From Glaucostegus cemiculus (lineage: Eukaryota), in the NCBI GenBank assembly GCA_976551045.1, contig CDPCPM010000022.1, positions 14,756,001-14,820,000 of the forward strand: a DNA stretch of 64,000 nucleotides. The letters are read 5' to 3'. Of the stretch, positions 13,563-24,544 are shown piece after piece. How positions within the stretch are numbered: position 1 is the first letter of the stretch; every line of letters begins with the position of its first letter. The notes under the pieces are model-generated. The model did no database searches, had not been told where the DNA came from, and saw nothing but the letters and a program-made list of their open reading frames with translations. A program made the translations under genes and the position numbers.

Positions 13563-14481
13563 TATTGTGGTTTATCATCAGCAAATCAGTGTGAGAATCT
13601 GATGGAAGTGCCCAAGCATAAAATTTGCTCACTGATAACATTTTAGTCACCAAAATATTATCAGCAAAGTAGAGGAAGCTGGGTTTATGAACTCAGACAG
13701 GCTCTCTGTCACTTCTCCCCTGGAGATAGACTAGAGGATTAGCACCAGGATGTTTCAGCATTCAGGTTCAGGGTCTGGAATGTGGCAGTTACTCCAATCA
13801 AAATACTTGTTTAAACTACGAAAGATCTTCAGTCCATAATCAGAGATTGAAAACAGCCTCCTGCACTGCTTAGCTGCAGCCTGCAGCACGCACAGGAATG
13901 CAAGTAAAGATACTATGTTTGGTTGATATTGGCAAGTTGGACTGATTTATCCTTTAAGTGCAATGACTCAACATGACTCAAGTCAACAGTCTCTTTGTCC
14001 AATATGATAAGTATGGAGACACAAATCAGAATGACTAATCTTACCTTGTGGCTGCATTCTTTAAAATCTGCACCCCCAGGCAATGCATTCCTGAAGCACA
14101 AGTAAATCCTTGGAAAGGTCAGGTGAGAAACAGAATAACAGTAAGGTAAAGCTCAAGCTCGTCTCACAGTTCTTTTAAACCGTGTTTGGATTTGGAGCTC
14201 AATATTCTATTAAATGTCAGGAACAGTGATATTTCTTTTAAATATTTTCAAGTTAACTGGATTTCTTTTTTACATACGAAGATGCTACACATTTGTGAAT
14301 TGCTTTCTCCTGAATTTTAAATAAAACACCCACACTTTTAATGTTTTCTTCCAAAATCCAGATGTGAAGATGTGCACACTACATTCATACCCTTGATACA
14401 CGTGATGCATGTAAAGTCACAGACATGATGCATGTACTTCCTGCGATCCAAATGATGTCAAGAAACAAAAAAAAATTGGGT

Positions 14482-14686
14482 AAAAAACAAACTGCTGGAG
14501 GAACTCAGTGGGTTGACCATCATCTCTGGGTGGGGGAGGGGTTGTCATTGTTTTGGGTCGAGATCTTGTATCTCCACCCAAAATGTCAACAATTCCTTCC
14601 CCCATGGATTCTGCTTGACCTGCTGAGTTCCTCCAGCAGTTAGTTTTTGCTCCAGATCCCAGCATCTACAATCTCTTCTGTGTCCA
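14482..14686. mobile_element. Compact fold-back Penelope-like remnant
   Basis: AAAAAACAAACTGCTGGAGGAACTCAG (14482-14508) is inverted to CTGAGTTCCTCCAGCAGTTAGTTTTT (14623-14648). Confidence 0.7.
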
Positions 14687-14972
14687 CAACTATGAACTAT
14701 GTTGGGCCAGATACAACAGGAATAGTTGTCAGGTCAGTAAACACAGCAACTTTGAGAGTTATATGCCATCATCAACATTTTGCAAGGCACGACTCCCCAC
14801 TTTGTCAGACTCTTAGTCTATTTTTTCTATCTTCTATAACTCTTCATAGAAGTCTAATGATGAGTTGCAAAAAAGTATTGTTTATGAATTGGGGAATAGT
14901 GAGACATTAGATAGCTTTCAAGTCCTTAGCCTCTTTTTATGCATCTTATGTTTTTAAAAATAACTTTTATGG

Positions 14973-15206
14973 TGTAGCGACTCACGATGTCGGCATCGAA
15001 ACGCCGTCGGCCATCGCGGGGAAACGCGCAAGTTCCCGCGATAGTGCCGGAAGGCGGGACTTCCGGCGGGAGGATGACGTGACTTCCACCGGCCATGTTT
15101 TTACCTAGTCCGTGTTGTGTGCAGCTCGTGTAGACTCATTAAAACGTGTTCAACTTCATCTCCGTGTCCTGGCCTTCTTTCAAGTAGCACCCTGCTGGCT
15201 GCTACA
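14973..15206 (+). repeat. 5' LTR (234 bp)
   Basis: TGTAGC...GCTACA; 7 substitutions vs the 3' LTR by eye; ATTAAA at 15138-15143. Confidence 0.97.
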
Positions 15207-15208
15207 TT

Positions 15209-15221
15209 TGGTGACCCCGAC
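15209..15221 (+). promoter_or_regulatory. Primer binding site, tRNA-Trp
   Basis: TGGTGACCCCGAC, 2 nt after the LTR, equals the first 13 nt of the classical tRNA-Trp PBS (TGGTGACCCCGACGTGAT). Confidence 0.9.
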
Positions 15222-15244
15222 AATTCCAGACGGCATCTGGAATC

Positions 15245-15937
15245 ATGGATGCTGCCTCCAACAACGCCGTGGCACTCAAGCTCCCGCTTTTCTGGACCTC
15301 GCAGCCTCAAGTCTGGTTCGAACAGGCCGAGGCCCAGTTCAGTGTCAAAGGCATCGTAGCCGACGCCACAAAGTATTACTACGTGGTCGGCGCCCTCGAC
15401 CAGGACACAGCCGGTCGCATCATCGATTTCCTATGCCAGCCACCGGCGGAGGACAGGTATGTCCGTCTCAAGGCTCTCCTCCTGCGCACGTTCGGCCTTT
15501 CCCTCAGCGACCGAGCCACGAGGCTCCTCCATATGGACGGCCTAGGCGACCGCAAGCCCTCCGAGTTGATGGACGAGATGCTGGCACTCATGGACGGCCA
15601 TCGGCCATGTTTCCTGTTCCGGCAGCTATTCCTCGATCAACTCCCGGAGGATATGCGCCCCCTCCTCGCCGGCGGAGATTTCAGCGACCCGCGTGCCCTC
15701 GCGGCCACAGCGGATGTCATTTGGTGCAGTCGGCCGCGAGGAGTGGCCTCCGCCTGCGTAGCGGCGGCCTCGCGACCTCCGGCTAAGGTTCCGAAACCCA
15801 AGCCGTCAGGGCCGGTAAAGGACAACGATACAGGCCCGGGGGACTACTGTTTCTACCATAAGAGGTGGGGGCCGAATGCGCGCCGCTGCCGGCCGCCGTG
15901 TTCTTTCCCGGGAAACGCCGAGGCCGGCCGTCATTAG
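15245..15937 (+). CDS. gag: Gag protein (230 aa)
   Basis: ATG just after the PBS; [19 protein letters not shown]-terminus; C-terminal [18 protein letters not shown] (CHCC zinc-binding motif). Confidence 0.92.
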   Translation: MDAASNNAVALKLPLFWTSQPQVWFEQAEAQFSVKGIVADATKYYYVVGALDQDTAGRIIDFLCQPPAEDRYVRLKALLLRTFGLSLSDRATRLLHMDGLGDRKPSELMDEMLALMDGHRPCFLFRQLFLDQLPEDMRPLLAGGDFSDPRALAATADVIWCSRPRGVASACVAAASRPPAKVPKPKPSGPVKDNDTGPGDYCFYHKRWGPNARRCRPPCSFPGNAEAGRH

Positions 15938-18900
15938 TGGCTTCGACGGCTGGCCAGCGTGACTGCCTGCTTTTTCTTTGGGACCAGCTTACCGGGCGGC
16001 GTTTCCTGGTGGATACGGGGGCCGAAATCAGCGTCCTTCCCCCCTCCAGCATGGATGCCCGCACCGCGGTCAAAGGCCCTGACCTCACCGCTGCGAACGG
16101 CTCTACCATCCGCACCTATGGCCAGCGCACCGTCCCTTTACGTTTTGGGACCAGTTCGTTTACCTGGACTTTCACTATAGCGGCAGTATCGCAGCCACTG
16201 CTAGGGGCGGATTTCCTGCGCGCCAACAGCTTGCTGGTCGACCTGAAGGGCCGGCGTTTGGTCCATGCTGAGACGTTCCAAAGCTACCAGCTCGGGAATG
16301 CCCGGTCACCTGCCCCCCACCTTGACTCTGTTACGCTCTCCGACGACGAGTTTGCTAAGGTGTTGGCGGAGTTTCCTTCCATTATTACCCCGCAATTCTC
16401 CGCTGCAGTCCCCAAGCACGGCGTGCAGCATTACATCACCACACAGGGACCTCCGCTCCACGCCCGTGCCCGCAGGCTCCCGCCCAACAAGCTCCGCCTC
16501 GCCAAGGAGGAGTTTCGCAGGATGGAGGAGTTAGGAATCATTCGCCGTTCCGACAGCCCGTGGGCATCCCCGCTCCACATGGTGCCCAAAGCAGCGGGGG
16601 GCTGGAGACCCTGTGGAGACTACAGGAGGCTCAATGATGCCACGACTGCTGACAGGTACCCTGTGCCCCACATCCAGGATTTCACCGCGAACCTCCATGG
16701 GGCAACCATTTTCTCTAAGATTGATCTGGTCCGGGGATATCATCAGATCCCTGTTCACCCCGACGACGTGCCCAAAACAGCCCTCATCACCCCCTTTGGG
16801 TTGTTCGAGTTCCTCCGAATGCCTTTCGGCCTGAAGAACGCCGCCCAGACTTTTCAACGGCTCATGGACTCGGTGAGCAGGGGCCTCGATTTCTCTTTTG
16901 TGTACCTGGATGACATCCTGGTAGCCAGCAAGTCCCGCAAGGAGCACTCAGCCCATCTCTGTCAGCTCTACCAGCGCTTGAGCGACCACGGGTTGGTGAT
17001 CAATTTGGCAAAATGTCAGTTTGGACTGCGGGAGATCGACTTCTTAGGCCACAGGGTGAACCAGCATGGCGCCGCCCCGCTACCCGACAAGGTGCAGGCC
17101 GTCCTCCAGTTTCCCAAGCCTTACACTGTCAAGGGCCTGCAAGAATTCGTGGGAATGGTGAACTTCTACCACCGTTTTGTGCCCGCAGCAGCCCGCATCA
17201 TGCGGCCTTTGTTCGGGCTCATGGCCGGCAAGGCCAAGGATGTTGTTTGGGACGCGGAGGCCTCAGCAGCTTTCAATCAGGCTAAGGAGGCACTGGCCAA
17301 GGCAACACTTTTGGTTCACCCAAGAGTCGACGTCCCCACAGCGCTCACTGTTGACGCCTCTGACACGGCGGTCGGTGGGGTTTTGGAACAACTCGTTGAG
17401 GGCCAGTGGCAGCCGCTCGCTTTTTTCAGCCGGCATTTGCGGCCGCCAGAAGTCCGGTACAGCGTTTTTGATAGGGAGCTGCTGGCTCTTTACCTGGCTG
17501 TCCGCCATTTCCGTTATTTCCTTGAGGGCAGGTACTTCACCATCTACACGGACCACAAGCCCCTCACGTTTGCCCTGGCTAAGGCATCGGACCCGTGGTC
17601 GGCTCGGCAGCAACGGCACCTCTCCTTCATTTCGGAGTTTTCCACCGACATCCGCCACATCGCTGGGAAGTGCAATGTGGTCGCTGACACGCTGTCCCGC
17701 CCCCACATCCATTCAGCGACCACCCCAGCCACGGGCATCGACTACACGGCGCTGGCACAAGCGCAACAGGCAGACGAAGAGATCCCAGCATACCGCACCG
17801 CGCTCTCGGGACTCCGGCTGGAAGATGTTCCTGTTGGCCCTACGGCGATCCGGCTCCTGTGTGACACATCTACTGGCAGGCCCCGGCCGGTGGTGCCGGC
17901 AGCATGGAGACGACAGGTTTTCGACGCCCTGCATGGCCTGGCCCACCCGTCCATCAGGTCGACTATCAGGATGGTGGCAGAGAAATTCGTGTGGCATGGT
18001 CTGCGCAAGCAGGTGGGGCACTGGGCCAGAACCTGCGTGCACTGTCAGACGGCCAAGGTCCAGCGGCACGTGAAGGCTCCCCTCCAGCATTTTCAGCCAA
18101 CGCTTGGCAGGTTCCAGCACATCCACGTGGACATCGTCGGCCCTCTGCCGGTTTCCCGGGACGCCAGGTACATTTTCACTGTGGTCGACAGGTTCACCAG
18201 GTGGCCAGAGGCAGTGCCGCTGGCTGACACGTCCACCGCTTCCTGTGCCAGGGCCCTCATTGCCCACTGGATTGCCCGGTTTGGCCTTCCAGCGGACGTT
18301 ACCTCCGACCGGGGGGCGCAGTTCACATCCGGCTTGTGGACGGCACTGGCGCAGCTCCTGGGTTCCCACCTGCATCACACCGCGGCATACCACCCACAGG
18401 CCAATGGTTTGGTGGAGCGTTTCCACCGGCACCTCAAGTCCGCCCTGATGGCTCGCCTGCAGGGGCCGAACTGGATGGACGAGCTCCCCTGGGTCCTGCT
18501 GGGTATCCGTACGGCCCCCAAGGAAGATTTGGGCACCTCATCAGCCGAGCTGGTCTACAGTTCCCCCCTCACGGTACCAGGCGAGTTCGTACCTGGGGCT
18601 CAGGACCCGGCAGGGACCCCGGCAGAGGTGTTAGCTAAGCTGCGGGCCAGGGTGGGGACCTTGGCACCGATCCCGGCCTCCAGGCACGGCACAGCGCCTT
18701 CTTTCGTTCCGAAGGACCTCCTGGACTGTGAGTACGTTTTCATCCGCCGCGGTGCACATGGGTCGCCCCTGCAGAAGCCGTACGAGGGGCCTTTCCGGGT
18801 GGTCCGGCGCAATGGTTCCACGTACATCATCGAGGTTGGGGGTCGTCAACAGACTTTCACGGTGGATCGCCTGAAGCCGGCGCATCTGGACATTGCACTC

Positions 18901-19137
18901 CCGGTTACGGTGCCTTCGCCACCCCGGCGAGGTCGGCCTCCCAAGCTGGGCAGTCGGGTTGCTGGCCCCGCGCCTCCGCTGGGCGTTTCTGGGGGGGGTG
19001 GTGTAGCGACTCACGATGTCGGCATCGAAACGCCGTCGGCTGTCGCGGGGAAACGCGTGAGTTCCCGCGATAGTGCCGGGAGGCGGGACTTCCGGCGGGA
19101 GGATGACGTGACTTCCGTCGGCCATGTTTTTACCTAG
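15865..19137 (+). CDS. pol: Pol polyprotein (protease, RT, RNase H, integrase); probably entered by frameshift near 15916 rather than at the listed start
   Basis: [10 protein letters not shown] protease; RMPFGLKNA and YLDDIL RT; VDASD and TDHKPL RNase H; H-x3-H...[27 protein letters not shown] integrase; PYEGPF (GPY/F); no stops or frameshifts. Confidence 0.96.
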   Translation: MGAECAPLPAAVFFPGKRRGRPSLVASTAGQRDCLLFLWDQLTGRRFLVDTGAEISVLPPSSMDARTAVKGPDLTAANGSTIRTYGQRTVPLRFGTSSFTWTFTIAAVSQPLLGADFLRANSLLVDLKGRRLVHAETFQSYQLGNARSPAPHLDSVTLSDDEFAKVLAEFPSIITPQFSAAVPKHGVQHYITTQGPPLHARARRLPPNKLRLAKEEFRRMEELGIIRRSDSPWASPLHMVPKAAGGWRPCGDYRRLNDATTADRYPVPHIQDFTANLHGATIFSKIDLVRGYHQIPVHPDDVPKTALITPFGLFEFLRMPFGLKNAAQTFQRLMDSVSRGLDFSFVYLDDILVASKSRKEHSAHLCQLYQRLSDHGLVINLAKCQFGLREIDFLGHRVNQHGAAPLPDKVQAVLQFPKPYTVKGLQEFVGMVNFYHRFVPAAARIMRPLFGLMAGKAKDVVWDAEASAAFNQAKEALAKATLLVHPRVDVPTALTVDASDTAVGGVLEQLVEGQWQPLAFFSRHLRPPEVRYSVFDRELLALYLAVRHFRYFLEGRYFTIYTDHKPLTFALAKASDPWSARQQRHLSFISEFSTDIRHIAGKCNVVADTLSRPHIHSATTPATGIDYTALAQAQQADEEIPAYRTALSGLRLEDVPVGPTAIRLLCDTSTGRPRPVVPAAWRRQVFDALHGLAHPSIRSTIRMVAEKFVWHGLRKQVGHWARTCVHCQTAKVQRHVKAPLQHFQPTLGRFQHIHVDIVGPLPVSRDARYIFTVVDRFTRWPEAVPLADTSTASCARALIAHWIARFGLPADVTSDRGAQFTSGLWTALAQLLGSHLHHTAAYHPQANGLVERFHRHLKSALMARLQGPNWMDELPWVLLGIRTAPKEDLGTSSAELVYSSPLTVPGEFVPGAQDPAGTPAEVLAKLRARVGTLAPIPASRHGTAPSFVPKDLLDCEYVFIRRGAHGSPLQKPYEGPFRVVRRNGSTYIIEVGGRQQTFTVDRLKPAHLDIALPVTVPSPPRRGRPPKLGSRVAGPAPPLGVSGGGGVATHDVGIETPSAVAGKRVSSRDSAGRRDFRREDDVTSVGHVFT
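15910..15955 (+). promoter_or_regulatory. Programmed -1 ribosomal frameshift signal
   Basis: G_GGA_AAC at 15910-15916 in the gag frame; 5-nt spacer; 11-bp stem GGCCGGCCGTC (15922-15932) / GACGGCTGGCC (15945-15955); pol is in the -1 frame. Confidence 0.85.
18991..19001 (+). promoter_or_regulatory. Polypurine tract
   Basis: GGGGGGGGTGG directly before the 3' LTR. Confidence 0.85.
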
Positions 19138-19235
19138 TCCGTGTTGTGTGCAGCTCGTGTAGACTCATTAAAACGTGTTCAACTTCATCTCCGTGTCCTG
19201 GCCTTCTTTCAAGTAGCACCCTGCTGGCTGCTACA
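19002..19235 (+). repeat. 3' LTR (234 bp)
   Basis: Direct repeat of 14973-15206. Confidence 0.97.
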
Positions 19236-20439
19236 TTGGATCTTTTATTCTTTCCAGAATTCTGCTGTTTATTCTATCCACAATATGCCTACTTTGTCTC
19301 TATTTCTAGTTCAACTTTGGTTGAACTAGAAATAGGGACAGAATGGTCTGGATCTTTTACACACCCATGTTTGTGAAAAGATTAGAGGAGGAGGAATAAA
19401 ACCTCCCAACCCATTTAAGTCACAGCTTTACAAGGTCCCTGATAAATTTGAAACCTAGTGATAAAAGGACCAGGTGTGCATAAGCTCTGGGATCTCTCTG
19501 ACATGTTAAAAAAAAGGACTCAATCAAAAGGCATTTACTGCTTGTTCATAAATGCAGCCAAATGAAACAACCTATTTAGTATATCTCCATTCCAGCAAAC
19601 AGCATCCAATTCAAACTAATCAACACCATATTTAACCAGCGATAAAAACATCTCAAGATCAAAGTAAAATTACATCTCTCTGGAAATTTATGTAAAAAGA
19701 AGTTTATTCCAAGAATTTTTGAAGCATGTTGTAATATTTTGACAACTCTATTTTGCATTTTGGAATGTACTATATATTTAATGGGAACTCGAGGAAGGCA
19801 GGATATGAAATAGAGAGACATGATTGCATTAGTTACCTTAAAACTATGGTCCAGGATGTGAGTGGATAACTTAGAACTGAATCCTGAGAGAGTTCTGCAA
19901 TTGTTAAAAGACAAGTTATTTGGATACAATTTTAAACCAAAGCTTAATCTGCTGCTTCAAATGACTACTAAAGACCAACGCACAGAATAATTCTGGTGTC
20001 TTAACCAATGTTCATCTGTAGACCAAAAGCATTAGCAGCAGATTAATTGGTCAATTTTTCTCTATAACAGTCACTGAAATTGTCAGTATTGCAGTCACTG
20101 AATTTTTTCAGGTATCCTACAGAAAAGAAATACTGTGGGTTGTGTGAAAGATATGATAAAGTGCCACAGAATAAAGCAAGTATTATATTTGGCACTGTCA
20201 TCTTTGCTACCAGAAGATAGAGTGCTTCTTAGCAAACACCAGTACAGCAATGGTCCTGGTATTTCTGTTGCAGCATAAATGCACCGTTTGAATGCAACAA
20301 TAAATCTCTCAGCAGTAGAGACTTGCTTGTGCCTTTGTTGGTGTGGGTGGGGGAGCAGGCCATGTAGAGGGAGATTGGGGAGGGTGGGGGGAGTATGGTG
20401 AGATGGGCACCATCCTGGGATGAAGCTTGCAACTTCATA

Positions 20440-20849
20440 GAAAAACAAAGGACTGCAGATGCTGAAATCTAGATGAAAAAACACTATGATGCTGGAGGAA
20501 CTCAGCAGGCCAGGTAGCATCCATGGAGAAAAGCAGGCAGTCCTTCCCTTTTTTCCTTTATCTCCTTACCTTTGACCCATCTCCCAGTAGATCCTCTCTC
20601 CCCTCCTCCTCCGCACCTGCCTATCACTGTCTCTTACCTGCATCTACCTATCACCACCTTGTGCCCACCCCGCCTCCCCTCTTTTGTCCACCTGTCACTG
20701 CCCTGTTTTTCCCTCCTATATATTGGGCTTCCCCTTTTCCTATCTTCCATACTGAAGAAGGGTCCTGGCCTGAAATGTTGAGCACCTGCTTTTCTCCACG
20801 GATGCTACCTGGCCTGCTGAGTTCCTCCAGCATCATCGTGTTTTTTCAT
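20440..20849. mobile_element. Non-autonomous Penelope-like element with inverted termini and 14-bp TSD
   Basis: CTTGCAACTTCATA duplicated at 20426-20439 and 20850-20863; ~65-bp inverted repeats at ~20471-20537 and ~20785-20851; hammerhead-like core at 20752-20775. Confidence 0.85.
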
Positions 20850-21699
20850 CTTGCAACTTCATACCTTACTTAATGGCTAGAGATGGTCTTCTTGCTAATT
20901 TCAGGGGTCAACTGAGTCAAATATCTCCAGATCAAAATCACCTCAAAGCAGGAGAGATTCCCTCACTGTTTTTGGAGTTTTATCAATTATTACTTTGTTG
21001 ATTTTGTAAAAACAATAAACAAAATAACTACTTTATGGTATAAGAGAGGTTATTACAGGTAATAACCTCCCCATTTGTTCAGGGTTGTTTTGAATACTGT
21101 GATTTGAGTTTCTTTTTAAAAAAAGCCTGTTAAACTATATATTACAAGACACAAGCATCACACAAGAGTACAGACCAAGAGCTGGAAAGCAGGATGGAGA
21201 TGGGTATTTCTTTTTTAGACAATAGTGATTTGATGGATTGAATAACTTTCTTCTGTACTGTAATTTCTGATTCAGTTTAAGTAGCTCTATAACAATAGAT
21301 TTTGGAGGCCTTCTGTAATTATATCCCAATACTATCATGATTCTTAATTGACAATGGAAGTATATTTCAATATTTAAAACAATCAAATCAAACCACCACT
21401 TACTTCACTGGATGAATGTTTGGAGCAATACATGCAAGTTGGCACATTGCAATCAATATAAAGTTTGAACTCAGTCATTCACACACCTCATACAATGTTG
21501 ATGGATGAGGGCAAGTCTTCGATGTGACTTCTGCTATTCAACTTAAATAATCAAAACATATATATTTTACGTTTATTTCCACAAGTTTGTTTTGCTTCAG
21601 ATGTTACCATCTGAGGGCGCAACAGAATATACCACATTTTAAAAACAGTATACTTCACTTTGGACCATTATTTTGAAATGTATATTTATCTGTTTGTTT

Positions 21700-22080
21700 G
21701 ATCACAGAATCACACAAGTTACAGCATGGAAGGAGATAACTTAACTTGTTGAGTCTGCTCTGGTTCTATTTAAGAGCAATCTAGCTAATCCCATGGCCGA
21801 GTGCTCTCCCCATGCTCCTGTAAATTATTTTGTTTCCAGCTCCCTTTTAAAAGCGACAACCTGCCTATAGTACTGTTTTTGATGGAGCTTCTGTTGAGTA
21901 AAAACATTGTTCCTAATGTTCGTTTTTTCATCTTTCCAACCACCTTCATTCTGTGTTTTTTAGTCCTTGCATCCTCAGTAGGGGATCAGTTCTCCTATCT
22001 ATCCACATCAAGCTAGATTTCAAACATAATTATCATATCCCCTCATCAGATCTACTTGCAACATCCTCTGTTCCAAAGAG
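21700..22080 (-). mobile_element. Degenerate CR1 3' fragment
   Basis: Minus-strand translation LSLEQRMLQVDL; CR1-like 3' tail near 21705. Confidence 0.55.
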
Positions 22081-22084
22081 AGCA

Positions 22085-22815
22085 ACCTCATGGCCATCTG
22101 GAGCTCCTGGTTGCCAGGCATTTTAATTCCCCTCCCCATTCTCACACTGACAGGTCTCTTCTCAGCCTCCTCCACTGCCAGGATGAAGCCAAATGCAAAC
22201 TGGAGGACCAACACCTCATTTTCCATCTGAGTAGTCTACAACCCAATGGCATGAACATCGGACTCTCTAGTTTCATGAACCTTTCCTCTCCTCTGATCTA
22301 CCCAGGTCCTCTCACACACAGTCTTCTTTCCAAACCCCATCCTACAAGCCTCCTATCACCCAGTTTCTTTCTCATCCCCCACTATTCTATCTGCCCATCA
22401 GCCACACACTCCTCCCATTGGATCACCTCCCCCACGGTTCCCATCTGCCCACCCTCCCTTCCTCATTTGGTCCCATGCTCCATCTTCCTTTCCTATCAGA
22501 TTCCATCATTTGCAACCCTTTGTTGCTTCCACTTATCACCTCCAAACCTGTCACTAGTTCCACCTTTGCCTTCCCCACCTGATTTCATCTGCCAATCAAA
22601 TCTTCCTCACCTAGATCCACCTATCATTTGCCAGCTCTTGCCCCACCCCTCCCCTCTCTATACAAGCCATCTCCCCTCTACTCTTTCAGTCCAGAAGCAG
22701 CATCTTGACCCAAAAAGTCAACTGTCTATTTCCCTCCACAGATACTGCCTGACCCACTGTGTTCCTCCAGCAGCTTAAATTTTGTTCCAGATTCCACCAT
22801 CTGTAGTCTTATTTC
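22085..22815 (+). mobile_element. Penelope-like retroelement 3' fragment (GIY-YIG C-terminus, pyrimidine-rich UTR, terminus)
   Basis: VARHFNSPPHSH...KLEDQHLIFHLSSLQPNGMN is the typical PLE endonuclease C-terminus; terminal motif GATACTGCCTGACCCACTGTGTTCCTCCAGCA at 22741. Confidence 0.85.
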
Positions 22816-22829
22816 TCCCTTCATCTTCT

Positions 22830-23400
22830 GCATCCTCTCAAAAGACTACATCTTTTATATGATCACAGAATTCAGCAAAACAGTTGTAAAGCTGTATGAC
22901 TACCTTCCCCATCCTCCATGCCTTTTTTAAATAATGCCCTGGATAATTTTTTAAAGTACTTTCTCATCCCGCCCTGCCTCTTTCAATGAGCTATGCACAT
23001 ATTTCCACAAATCTCTCTATGCTTGCATCCCTTTTAGAATGTGCAATCCAGTTTACATTGATCCTCCTCATTATTCCTACCAATATTTCATTATATTTCT
23101 GTGCTTTAAACATTTCATCTGCCACCTTTTCCCCATCCTACCATCCTCCTTCAAGTTGATTGCAATCATTCTCATAATTCCTGCAAGTCCAAGTTTCGTG
23201 TCATTTGTAAACCTGGAAGATGTGCCCTGTATGGAGATGTCCAAAACATCCATATACTAGAAAAAGCAACAGTCCCAGTACGAGGAACTCCATTGCACAC
23301 CTCTCTCCAATCCAAAAAAATGATACACCTCTCTCCAATCCAAAAAAATGACCTTTCACTATTACTCTCCATATCCTATTATTTGCCAAAATGTTTATTC
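22830..23400 (-). mobile_element. Degenerate CR1 RT fragment, containing a 27-bp tandem duplication at 23297-23351
   Basis: Minus-strand LDWREVCNGVP; ACACCTCTCTCCAATCCAAAAAAATGA occurs twice. Confidence 0.6.
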
Positions 23401-24544
23401 AAAATTGGGTATCTTCTCAACCACTTGAAAGCTCTACAAGCAATAGTTCACAACTAGTAGACAAAAATGCCCCACAAATTCCAAACTAATTGCTGCAAGT
23501 TATCTAAGCTTAAATTTTGTTATTTGGAATTTTAGTTCTTCACCTGGCTGAAAAAAGAAATCACATCAAAGTCTGACCACATTTAATTGATAAATGTTCA
23601 AGTTGTAAACAAACATTCTTTCCTTTTAAAGAGTTACAGAATTTCATTTGTATTTGTAGCACAATGATTCATCATCATCAAACTGAAAAAAATCATACTC
23701 AATCATTGCATCACTTATGTATTGCTCAGAATTATAACATAACTATAACCTAAGCTCAAATGTGAACAGTCATAGATAGCCACACACCATTCAAGCTGTG
23801 AAAGTTTGCCAAAATATTGCCAGGTTCACTTTACTGGCACAGTGTTCATAAAAATCATTTTAAAAATATATTACAAAGGAGTACAGCACATTCAATTACA
23901 CAAATGAGAATTCATCACTAGTAGAAGTGATCAAAAAGTTGGCCACAGAATAAACAACCTTAAGCCAAGAATAGATTTTATTTAGTGTTTTGAATTGATA
24001 TAAATGTCCCGATCCCAAAATTCTCTGGCCATCACTGCTCCCTAAAAATGAGACATATTTGCTCATCAGGAAAATAAGCAGTTTAATGTATTTATAATAT
24101 TTCAGCACTAGTAATCAAGCAGTGATGTTAATTCATCATTAAATTAGAATTTGATTCAAGAATCTGGGAGATATTAAATGCACCTACAGTTCACTATTTG
24201 GGAGTAGTGGACAATGGTATGCCTGTCTATATATAAATTTCCTTGGGAAACTACTGTCATAACTTCACCGAACAATCAACAGAAATCCTGGAGATACCAT
24301 GTAAACACTACTTATGATATCCTGTAGAAGTTATAGTATGAAATGGAACTAATCTGATCAGTTAGTTTTTAGTTTAGCAACTTCAGAATCAGAAGTATTT
24401 ATTTCTGTGTAAACCTACTGAAGTATGGTTCATAAGGCTACATCTAAAGAAAAGAAACAACTATAAATTACAGACAACTGAAATAATGGATAAGCTGTAG
24501 CTACAAATTTTAACTTATTTGATAATGGGACATGAATGTTTCTA

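Larger units (their letters stand above)
14973..19235 (+). mobile_element. Full-length Ty3/Gypsy LTR retrotransposon, CsRn1-like clade
   Basis: Two 234-bp TG...CA LTRs, PBS, PPT, intact gag and pol (PR-RT-RH-IN order); Cx2Hx9Cx3C Gag motif and tRNA-Trp PBS typical of CsRn1/Boudicca/Kabuki; flanks ATGG / TTGG. Confidence 0.96.

Noticed and set aside
15101-19125. Many overlapping alternative-frame and antisense ORFs inside the Gypsy element (e.g. 17177-18073, 17713-18432, 15112-15786)
   Set aside because: Expected shadow ORFs in GC-rich coding DNA; no recognisable domains; no env-like ORF.
22270-22778. Pro/Ser-rich extension of the 240-aa ORF
   Set aside because: Translation of the pyrimidine-rich Penelope UTR; only the first ~70 codons resemble the endonuclease.
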